A stretch of DNA of 17,897 nucleotides from Myxococcota bacterium (GTDB taxonomy: Bacteria > Myxococcota_A > Polyangia > Polyangiales > Sandaracinaceae), in contig JAYZQJ010000071.1 in NCBI GenBank assembly GCA_036149055.1, positions 1-17,897 on the forward strand, written 5' to 3'. The translations under genes and the position numbers were made by a program. The notes beneath the pieces were generated by a model, which made no database searches, was not told the DNA's origin, and worked only from the letters and a program-made list of their open reading frames with translations. This document shows, piece after piece, positions 1 to 6,762 of this stretch; the first letter of the stretch is position 1, and each line of letters begins with the position of its first letter.

Positions 1-220
1 CCTCCCGACTCCGCCGGCGCGTCGCTCTTCGCGCTCGCGCCGCGACCCCAGCGACGGGGCGCTGGGGGCCCTGCGGCTCGCGCTCGCGCTGCGCGCTCGC
101 TGGCCGCCCGCTGCCGCGGGATCGAACATAGGTGGTGGTGGTCCGTGCGGCGACCTCGCTGCGCTCGTCGCCTGCCGTCGTCTCGGGTCACTGTCGTGGG
201 AGGCGGGGGTGTCCCGGCCT
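1..220. repeat. REP/MITE-like palindromic intergenic element (probably cut by the window edge)
   Basis: Perfect hairpin CCCCAGCG(46-53)/CGCTGGGG(60-67); hairpin GGCGAC(149-154)/GTCGCC(167-172) around CTCGCTGCGCTC; repeated GCGCTCGC words; CCTCCC(1-6) complementary to GGGAGG(198-203); no credible ORF. Confidence 0.45.
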
Positions 221-266
221 GCTGGCGTCGTGTACTGAAGGGCGCGAGTCGTGAGAGGCTCGCGCC

Positions 267-1466
267 ATGGACTGGCGGGGCTTCGTGGCGCTGCTCGAGG
301 GGGAGCGGCTGCCGGCGGCGATCGTGGACCTCGACGCGCTCGACCGGAACGTCGACCGGGTGAAGGACGCGATCGAGGGGAGCGGGAAGACCTGCCGCGT
401 CGCCTCCAAGTCGGTGCGTCACGTCGGGCTGCTGCGCCGCATCCTCGAGCGCGGCGGCGAGGCCTTCCGGGGCTTGATGTGCTTCACGCTCGAGGAGGCG
501 TGTTTCCTGTACGACCGCGGCTTCGACGACCTGCTCGTCGCTTACCCGAGCGTGCAGCCAGCGGCGCTGCGAGAGCTGGCGCGCCGGGTGGCGGAGGGGG
601 CGACGATCCGGCCGATGGTGGACGCGCTCCCGCACCTCGAGGCGTGCGCCCGGGCGGCCCGCGAGGCGGGCACGACGCTCGAGGTGATCGTCGAGCTGGA
701 CGTCGCCTGGCAGCCGACGGACGCCTTGCACCTCGGGGCCCTGCGGAGCCCCCTCCGGGGCGCGGCCGCGCTCCGTGACCTGGCGCTGCGCGCGAACGCG
801 ATGGACGGCCTCGAGGTGGTGGGCCTGATGGGGTACGAGGCCCACGTCGCCGGCCTGCCGGACGACAACCCGTTCAGCCGCGCCCTCAACCCGATGCGCC
901 GGGCGCTGAAGCGGCTCGCCGTGCCCCGGGTGGCCCGCGCCCGCGCGGAGGCCACCGAGGCGCTGCGGTCGGCCGGCGTCGACGTGCGCGTGGTCAACGG
1001 GGGCGGCACCGGCTCGCTCCGCACCACGACCGAGGAGGCCTGCGTCACCGAGGTCACGGCCGGCTCGGGCTTCCTCTGCTCGCACCTCTTCGACTATTTC
1101 CGGGACGCGCGCTTCGAGCCGGCCGCGTTCTTCGCCCTCGAGGTGTCGCGCGCGCCCGAGGACGGCGTGATCACGTGCCTCGGCGGCGGCTACGTGGCGA
1201 GCGGCGAGCCCGGCTGGGACCGCCTCCCCGTGCCCTGGATGCCGCCAGGCCTGGGCTACGTGTCGATGGAGGGCGCCGGCGAGGTGCAGACCCCGCTGCG
1301 CCTGCCCCGGACCGGGCCTCGGCCGCGCGTCGGCGAGCCGGTGATCTTCCGCCACGCGAAGGCGGGCGAGCTGGCGGAGCGCTTCGACACCTACCTGCTC
1401 GTCCGCGACGGCGAGGTCGCCCTGCGCGAGCCGACCTACCGCGGCGAGGGCCGCTGCTTCCTCTGA
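267..1466 (+). CDS. PLP-dependent fold-type III enzyme (alanine racemase-like barrel; amino acid deaminase/aldolase, DSD1-like)
   Basis: 399 aa; PAAIVDLDAL, RVASKSVR (PLP lysine), GLMGYEAH, NGGGTGS, EVTAGSG, FRHAKAGE motifs. Confidence 0.88.
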   Translation: MDWRGFVALLEGERLPAAIVDLDALDRNVDRVKDAIEGSGKTCRVASKSVRHVGLLRRILERGGEAFRGLMCFTLEEACFLYDRGFDDLLVAYPSVQPAALRELARRVAEGATIRPMVDALPHLEACARAAREAGTTLEVIVELDVAWQPTDALHLGALRSPLRGAAALRDLALRANAMDGLEVVGLMGYEAHVAGLPDDNPFSRALNPMRRALKRLAVPRVARARAEATEALRSAGVDVRVVNGGGTGSLRTTTEEACVTEVTAGSGFLCSHLFDYFRDARFEPAAFFALEVSRAPEDGVITCLGGGYVASGEPGWDRLPVPWMPPGLGYVSMEGAGEVQTPLRLPRTGPRPRVGEPVIFRHAKAGELAERFDTYLLVRDGEVALREPTYRGEGRCFL

Positions 1467-2302
1467 CGCTTCGCCGCCTCGGCCGGCGGGAGCGCCCCCG
1501 TCATCTCGCGGAAGCCGCGCAGGCGGCGGCCGTAGGGCGGCGGGTCGGGCCAGGCCCCGTTGCCGCCGAACAGCAGGGTGACGCCGCGCGCCGAGCACGC
1601 GTCGGCGAGGCTCCGCGCGACCCGCGCCATCTTCACCGGGTCGTCGGCGAACTGCGAGGCGCTCGCGGCCACCAGCTGCACGTCCATCCCGTCGAGCGCC
1701 TCGCCGAAGTCGTCGAGCGGGGTGCGCCGGCCCGCCCAGACCGGCTCCCAGCCGAGCTCCCGCAGCGCCAGCTCCACCAGCGAGAGCCCGAGCGTGTGCT
1801 CCTCCTCCTCGGGCGTCAGCAGCAGCGCGCGGGGCGCGTCGGGGGCGAGCGGCAGGGTCTCGCTCACCCGGGCGAGCGCGCGGGTGAGGCGCTCGGAGGC
1901 GAGGTGCTCCTCGACCACCGACAGCTCGCCGCGGGCCCAGCGCGCGCCGACCTCGGTGATCAGGGCGCCGACGCGCTCCCCGACCGCGCGCCAGGAGCCG
2001 AGGCTGGAGCGGGCCTCGAACAGGCGGGCCTGCACCCGGTAGGGGCGGCCCTCGACCAGATCCTCCATCCAGGCCTCGAAGGTGTCGGCGCCGCCGACGC
2101 TCTCCTCGACCGGCGCGCCCATCTTCTCGCGGAGGAAGCGCTCGAGGTCGTCGCGGGCGAACCGGCGGTGGCGCCCCGCGGTGCGGACGCAGGGCAAGAT
2201 CCCCTCGTCGGCCCAGCGCTTCACGCTGGTCGGGCTGGCGCCGAGGAGGTCGGCCGCCTCGGTGCTCGTCAGCAGGTCTCGACTGTCGCTCGAGGAGGAC
2301 AT
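1436..2302 (-). CDS. CarH/LitR-like cobalamin-binding transcriptional regulator with N-terminal excisionase/BldC-type (MerR-like) HTH
   Basis: C-terminal 288 aa of the 1436..3448 ORF, ATG at 2302. HTH LLTSTEAADLLGASPTSVKRWADEG..CVRTAGRHRRF; W-x9-EH (WARGELSVVEEH); E-x-H-x2-G-x41-S-x-S-x29-GG; divergent from crt genes. Confidence 0.9.
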   Translation of the reverse strand: MSSSSDSRDLLTSTEAADLLGASPTSVKRWADEGILPCVRTAGRHRRFARDDLERFLREKMGAPVEESVGGADTFEAWMEDLVEGRPYRVQARLFEARSSLGSWRAVGERVGALITEVGARWARGELSVVEEHLASERLTRALARVSETLPLAPDAPRALLLTPEEEEHTLGLSLVELALRELGWEPVWAGRRTPLDDFGEALDGMDVQLVAASASQFADDPVKMARVARSLADACSARGVTLLFGGNGAWPDPPPYGRRLRGFREMTGALPPAEAAKRQRKQRPSPR

Positions 2303-2428
2303 CAGCAACGCCGACTTGTAGCATGGGCCGATTCGGTCGGTTGACCAGCGATTTGCCCCTCGGCGGTCTTTTCTGGCGGACGGTGTGGCCGAACTCGCGA
2401 ACGCGCCCAGATCGGTGGAGGAGGAACG
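2303..2428. promoter_or_regulatory. Divergent promoter/operator region between the B12 regulator and crtC
   Basis: 126-bp gap between divergent starts; GGAGGAGG RBS before crtC; TTGACC at 2341-2346; TGcTACAAG extended -10-like word on the minus strand near 2315-2323. Confidence 0.5.
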
Positions 2429-3538
2429 ATGCTTCGAAGCGCCACCCGACTCGTCCGGCTCACCTCGCCCGACCGCCCCCTCGACCGCGAGCTGCTGCAC
2501 TCGCGGGGCGGCTTCGCGTGGTGGTACCTCGACGCGATCGACGCGCGCGGCGACGGGGTGGTCGCGATCTGGTCGTTCGGGCTCCCCTTCCTGCCGGGCT
2601 ATCGCGCCTCGAGCCGCCGGGGAGACGCGCCGCCCGCGCGCGAGCGACCGAGCCTGAACGTCGCCGTCTATCGAGGCGGCCGCGAGGCGTTCTACCTCCT
2701 GCAGGAGTACCCGACCCACGACGCCAGCTGGACCGGCGAGCGGTGGCGCTTCGGCGAGAGCACGCTCGAGAGCCACGTCCGCGGAGGACGGCGGCAGGCC
2801 CGGCTCTCGCTCGACTGCCCGCTGCCCGGCACGAGCGACCGGCTCGAGGGCTCGATCACGCTCGACGGCGTGCCGCGGAGGCCGATCGCCGCCGCCCAGC
2901 CGACGCTCGACGACCACGACTGGAGCCCGCTCACCGGACCGTCTCACGTGCAGGCGTCGCTCCGGGTCGGCGGGCGCGGGCTGCTCGACTTCGAGGGCCG
3001 CGGCTACCACGACCGCAACGGGAGCCGCACGCCCTTCGACCAGCTCGGCATCGCGCACTGGGTCTGGGGCCGCGTGCCGATGCCCGACCGCGAGCTCATC
3101 TACTACGTGCTCTGGCCGGACGGAGGCGGGGCGCCCGAGGCGCTGGCGCTGGAGATCGACGAGCACGGGGTGACCCGCGACGTGCCGGTGCGGGCGCGGC
3201 TGGGCGACGAGCGCCGGGCCCGCTACGGGATGCCCTTCTGGGAGGACATCGCGCTGATCGATCCCGACGGGCGCACCTGGCTCGACGTGCGGCACACCGC
3301 GCTCCTCGACGACGGCCCGTTCTATCTGCGCTTCGGCACCGAGGCGCGCCGCGGCGGCCACCGCGCGCACGGCACCGGCGAGCTGGTCCGGCCGGGGCGG
3401 GTGGATCTCGCGCCGATGCGCCCCTTCGTGAAGATGCGGGTCCATCACACCGAGGCGCCGTCCTCGCGCCTCAACCCGCTCTTCGTCGGGCCCCGTCGCG
3501 GGCGCTGGCGGCGGCAGCTCGGGGCCCTGCTGCGATGA
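2429..3538 (+). CDS. crtC: Carotenoid 1,2-hydratase (hydroxyneurosporene synthase)-like protein
   Basis: 369 aa; GGFAWWYLDA, HDWSP and GYHDRNGS match CrtC motifs including the His/Trp and Tyr/Asp residues; strong RBS; ATGA overlap with a carotenoid desaturase. Confidence 0.82.
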   Translation: MLRSATRLVRLTSPDRPLDRELLHSRGGFAWWYLDAIDARGDGVVAIWSFGLPFLPGYRASSRRGDAPPARERPSLNVAVYRGGREAFYLLQEYPTHDASWTGERWRFGESTLESHVRGGRRQARLSLDCPLPGTSDRLEGSITLDGVPRRPIAAAQPTLDDHDWSPLTGPSHVQASLRVGGRGLLDFEGRGYHDRNGSRTPFDQLGIAHWVWGRVPMPDRELIYYVLWPDGGGAPEALALEIDEHGVTRDVPVRARLGDERRARYGMPFWEDIALIDPDGRTWLDVRHTALLDDGPFYLRFGTEARRGGHRAHGTGELVRPGRVDLAPMRPFVKMRVHHTEAPSSRLNPLFVGPRRGRWRRQLGALLR

Positions 3539-5082
3539 GCCACGTGGCCGTGGTGGGGGCCGGCCTCGGCGGGCTCTCGGCCGCCATCCATCTCGCCGCC
3601 GCGGGCCACCGGGTGACGGTGCTCGAGGGCGCCGACCAGGTCGGCGGCAAGGCGGGCACCGTCGAGCTGCGGGGCGGCCGCTCGTCGGTCGCGGTGGAGG
3701 CCGACACCGGCCCCAGCCTGCTCACCCTCCCCCACGTCTTCGACGACGTCTTCCGCGCCGCCGGCTCGTCGCTCGAGGACGAGGTCGACCTGATCCGCCT
3801 GAGCCCGGCGTTTCGCTACCTCTGGCCCGACGGCACCGCGCTGGACCTGCACCACGATCCGCGCGACTCGACCGACGCGGTGAGAGACGCGCTCGGCGCC
3901 GACGCGGCGGAGGACTTCGCCCGCTTCCTGCAGTACGCCGCCGGCATCTGGGAGGTCGCCGCGCCGCACTTCGTCGAGGGCCCGGCGCCGAGCGTGGGGC
4001 GCCTCGCGCGGCACCTCCGGGCCCTGCCCCGGATCGATCCGCTCCACTCCATGCAGGGCGCGATCGAGCGCCGGGTGCGCTCGCCTCACCTCCGCGACGT
4101 GCTGATGCGCTACGCGACCTACAACGGCTCCGACCCGCGGCGCGCCCCCGCGACCCTCCTCTGCATCGCGCACGTGGACCTGACCCTGGGCGGCCTCGGC
4201 GTCCGGGGCGGAGTGGCGGCGGTGGTGAGGGCGCTCGCGCGGGTGGCCCGGCGGCTCGGCGTCGAGATCCGGTGCGGCAGCTGGGTCGAGCGGGTGCACG
4301 CGGCGGCCGGCCGGGTGCAGGGCGTGGTCGTCGACGGGCGGGTCGTGCGCGCCGACGCCGTGGTGATCAACGCCGACGTCGCCCATCTGAAAGACACCTT
4401 GCTCCCCGATCGCCGCACCCCCGGCCGCGGCGGCGCTCCGTCGACCTCGGCGTGGAACGGGATCCTCCGCGCCCGGAGGGGCGCCCCGCGGGCGCCGCAC
4501 ACCGTGCTCTTCCCCGAGCGCTACGAGGACGAGTTCGCGGATCTCTTCGACCACGACCGGCCGCCGCGGGCGCCGACCGTCTACCTCTGCGCCCAGTCCC
4601 GCGCCCACGCCCGCGACGGCTGGGAGGATCACGAGGCCGTCTTCCTGATGGTCAACGCGCCGGCGGAGCCCGAGGTCGGGCGGCGCGACCCGGCGGTGTG
4701 GCGCACGGTGCGGGAGACCGTCGAGGCCCGCCTGAGAGCGCACGGCCTGTGGGGCGACGATGACGCGCTGGTCTGGAGCCGCACCCCCGCGGACCTCGCG
4801 GCGCGCTTCCCGGGGAGCCGAGGCGCCCTCTACGGCGCGGCGAGCACCGCGCGGCTCGCCGCGTTCAAGCGGCCGCCCAACCGGGTCCGCGCCTGGCCCG
4901 GCCTCTACCTCGCGTCCGGCACCGCGCACCCCGGCGGGGGCATGCCGCTCTGCGTCCTGTCGGGCCGGGCCGCCGCCCGCGCCCTCGTCTCCGACCTCGG
5001 CCGAGGGGAGCGGGGACGATCCTCCCGATCCCCCATCTCGAGCCCGAGGCCCGCCTACCAGCGATGGAGTGGCCAGCGATAG
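3535..5082 (+). CDS. crtD: Phytoene desaturase-family FAD oxidoreductase, probably 1-hydroxycarotenoid 3,4-desaturase (CrtD-like; CrtI not excluded)
   Basis: 515 aa from ATG 3535 (ATGA overlap); VVGAGLGGLSAA Rossmann motif, DTGPSLLT, RYATYNGSDP..APATL, FPGSRGALYG, HPGGGMPL. Family is secure; the CrtD call leans on crtC adjacency. Confidence 0.75.
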   Translation: MSHVAVVGAGLGGLSAAIHLAAAGHRVTVLEGADQVGGKAGTVELRGGRSSVAVEADTGPSLLTLPHVFDDVFRAAGSSLEDEVDLIRLSPAFRYLWPDGTALDLHHDPRDSTDAVRDALGADAAEDFARFLQYAAGIWEVAAPHFVEGPAPSVGRLARHLRALPRIDPLHSMQGAIERRVRSPHLRDVLMRYATYNGSDPRRAPATLLCIAHVDLTLGGLGVRGGVAAVVRALARVARRLGVEIRCGSWVERVHAAAGRVQGVVVDGRVVRADAVVINADVAHLKDTLLPDRRTPGRGGAPSTSAWNGILRARRGAPRAPHTVLFPERYEDEFADLFDHDRPPRAPTVYLCAQSRAHARDGWEDHEAVFLMVNAPAEPEVGRRDPAVWRTVRETVEARLRAHGLWGDDDALVWSRTPADLAARFPGSRGALYGAASTARLAAFKRPPNRVRAWPGLYLASGTAHPGGGMPLCVLSGRAAARALVSDLGRGERGRSSRSPISSPRPAYQRWSGQR

Positions 5083-5087
5083 AGTGG
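5058..5087 (+). repeat. 15-bp tandem duplication CCAGCGAT(G/A)GAGTGG x2
   Basis: Copies at 5058-5072 and 5073-5087 with one mismatch; the second holds the desaturase stop codon. Confidence 0.8.
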
Positions 5088-5091
5088 CGGG

Positions 5092-5715
5092 ATGATCCCC
5101 GCGTCTCGCTGGAGCGGCGCGCTGCTGATGGTCGCCGCCCTGACCGGCTGCGGTCGCCCGCTCGGCCAGGAGCTCTTCGCGCCGCCCGAGCGGCTCGAGC
5201 GGGCCGAGGCCATCGTGGTGCTCGGCAACCGCCCCCCGCGTGACGCCGAGGGTCGAGTCGCGCCCGAGACCGCGCGGCGGGTGGCCCACGGCGTCGCGCT
5301 CTACCAGCGAGGCCTCGCGCCGACCCTGCTCATGGCCGGCGGCCCCGCGCCCGGAGGAGGCACCGAGGCCGACGTGATGGCCACGCACGCGCGCGCGCTC
5401 GGGGTCCCGGCCGACGCGATCCGGAGGGAGCGCCGCTCCCGCGACACGTCCGAGAACGCCCGCAACGCGGTCGCCTCGCTCTGCGGCGGTCGCCCCGGCT
5501 GCGCGCCCCGCGTCCTGGTCGTGACCTCGCCCTATCACCTGCGGCGCGCGCTCCGGCTGTTCCGCTGCGCGGGGGCGCGACCGATCGGCGCGCCGACCTC
5601 GATCCCCGACGACGTCGGCTACCAGGCGTCGTTCACCGCCTACGAGTACGCGGTCGGGATCTACCGGCTGTTCGCGCCGGCGCCCTGCCCGACCGCTACT
5701 GCAGGAGGTAGGTGA
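5092..5715 (+). CDS. YdcF/ElyC/SanA family (DUF218) envelope protein, possible lipoprotein
   Basis: 207 aa; AIVVLG, LLMAGG, TEADVM, ERRSRDTSENA, LVVTSPYHLRRA motifs; N-terminal hydrophobic stretch ending LTGC. Confidence 0.88.
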   Translation: MIPASRWSGALLMVAALTGCGRPLGQELFAPPERLERAEAIVVLGNRPPRDAEGRVAPETARRVAHGVALYQRGLAPTLLMAGGPAPGGGTEADVMATHARALGVPADAIRRERRSRDTSENARNAVASLCGGRPGCAPRVLVVTSPYHLRRALRLFRCAGARPIGAPTSIPDDVGYQASFTAYEYAVGIYRLFAPAPCPTATAGGR

Positions 5716-6559
5716 CGGGCAGCGGCAGCTCGCGCTCGTCGCCCCACGGGATGCCGGCCGGCGGCGGCGGCATGGTGCTCAGCCGCTCCACCGACGCGAG
5801 GGCCGCGCGGTCGAGCATGGCGTGGCCGCTCGAGCGAGAGAGGCGAACGCCGAGCAGGCGGCCGTCGCGGGCGAGCCGGATGCGCAGCACCACGACCCCC
5901 TGCAGGTGCTCCCGGCGCGCGGCGAGCGGGTAGTCGATGCGGCCGTTGACGTACGCCGAGAGGGTGCCGCGCACGTAGCCACGCAGACGCCGACGCAGCT
6001 CCGCCCGGCTGATGCCTTCCCGCCGGGGCGCCGTCTCGCTGACCGCGCCGGACGGGCCGCCGACCTCGGTGCCGGTCCCGCCGGGCTCACCGCCGGGGAG
6101 GCCGCCGGGCGCGCCTTCGGGGTGCGTCCACTCGTCGGCGGCGCCGGTCGGCGCGCTCTCGGCCACCATGACCTCGGGCGGCGGCGCGGGCTCCTCGACC
6201 GGCGCGGGCGTGGGCTCGGCGCGGCGAGGCGTGGGCCGCGGGGTGGGCACGACGGCCGCCGCGACCTCCGGCTCCGGCAGCGGCTCGGGCTCGACGACCT
6301 CGGGCTCCACCACCTCCGGCTCGACGGGGGCGGGCGTGATGGGGATGAACTCGACCGGGGCGTCCATCACGATCGGGGTCGCCGGCTCCGGCAGAGCCGC
6401 CGCGAGCGCGAGCAGCCCGACGTGCGCGGCCACCGAGAGCGCGATCACCACCGGCATCGACCCACGGGGCGCCGCGCCGAGGTCGCGGGGCGGCTCGACG
6501 GGGGTGGCGCCGCGCAGCGCGGCGGGCGTGGAGGCGGTGGGGCTGGAGGCGGGCTGCAT
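5696..6559 (-). CDS. tonB: Energy transducer TonB family protein (start ATG 6559 or ATG 6457)
   Basis: TM helix with SxxxH (LSVAAHVGLL), Pro/Glu-rich spacer, C-terminal YPLAARREHLQGVVVL..SRSSGHAMLDRAAL domain; 3' end overlaps the DUF218 gene by 20 bp. Confidence 0.88.
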   Translation of the reverse strand: MQPASSPTASTPAALRGATPVEPPRDLGAAPRGSMPVVIALSVAAHVGLLALAAALPEPATPIVMDAPVEFIPITPAPVEPEVVEPEVVEPEPLPEPEVAAAVVPTPRPTPRRAEPTPAPVEEPAPPPEVMVAESAPTGAADEWTHPEGAPGGLPGGEPGGTGTEVGGPSGAVSETAPRREGISRAELRRRLRGYVRGTLSAYVNGRIDYPLAARREHLQGVVVLRIRLARDGRLLGVRLSRSSGHAMLDRAALASVERLSTMPPPPAGIPWGDERELPLPVTYLLQ

Positions 6560-6560
6560 C

Positions 6561-6587
6561 TCGGAATGGTTCCGATAGTCGTTCTCA
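6561..6587. promoter_or_regulatory. Putative Fur-box-like operator upstream of tonB
   Basis: Minus strand TGAGAAC-G-ACTATCG (10/14 to TGATAAT-N-ATTATCA) overlapping a second 7-1-7 near-palindrome TCGGAAT-G-GTTCCGA (6561-6575); locally AT-enriched. Confidence 0.55.
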
Positions 6588-6596
6588 GCGTCCCAG

Positions 6597-6625
6597 ACCA
6601 TGAACGTGACCACGCCCCGGGTCAA
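6597..6625 (-). promoter_or_regulatory. Putative sigma70-type promoter for tonB
   Basis: TTGACC (6625-6620), 17-bp spacer, CATGGT (6602-6597), just upstream of the Fur-like site. Confidence 0.4.
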
Positions 6626-6762
6626 GCCGCGCGTTCGGCGCCGAGGCGGCCCGGTGCGGATCAACACGCCGAATTCGACCAGCGGGGCGGCGCGTCACAG
6701 GGCCGTTGGCGTGAGCCGCCGAAAGCGGCCGCGGCGCGTCCCTTGCGTGCCCCTCCCGGGGG

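Noticed and set aside
2140..2302. Excisionase of a prophage or integrative element
   Set aside because: The Xis-like HTH is fused to a B12-binding domain; no integrase or att site seen.
2303..2428. Cobalamin riboswitch near the B12-binding gene
   Set aside because: Region is short and no B12-box or GGGAA-type core motifs are recognisable.
2303..3448. N-terminal 382 aa of the 670-aa minus-strand ORF
   Set aside because: Antisense shadow of crtC; recognisable regulator sequence starts at ATG 2302.
2323..3534. N-terminal extension making a 919-aa desaturase
   Set aside because: Arg/Pro/Ala-rich off-frame reading of crtC; the Rossmann motif follows ATG 3535 with an ATGA overlap.
3445..5538. 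Other long overlapping ORFs (697 aa here; also 1175-2344, 12362-14011, 13786-16044)
   Set aside because: Antisense or off-frame shadows of well-supported genes, with no motifs of their own.
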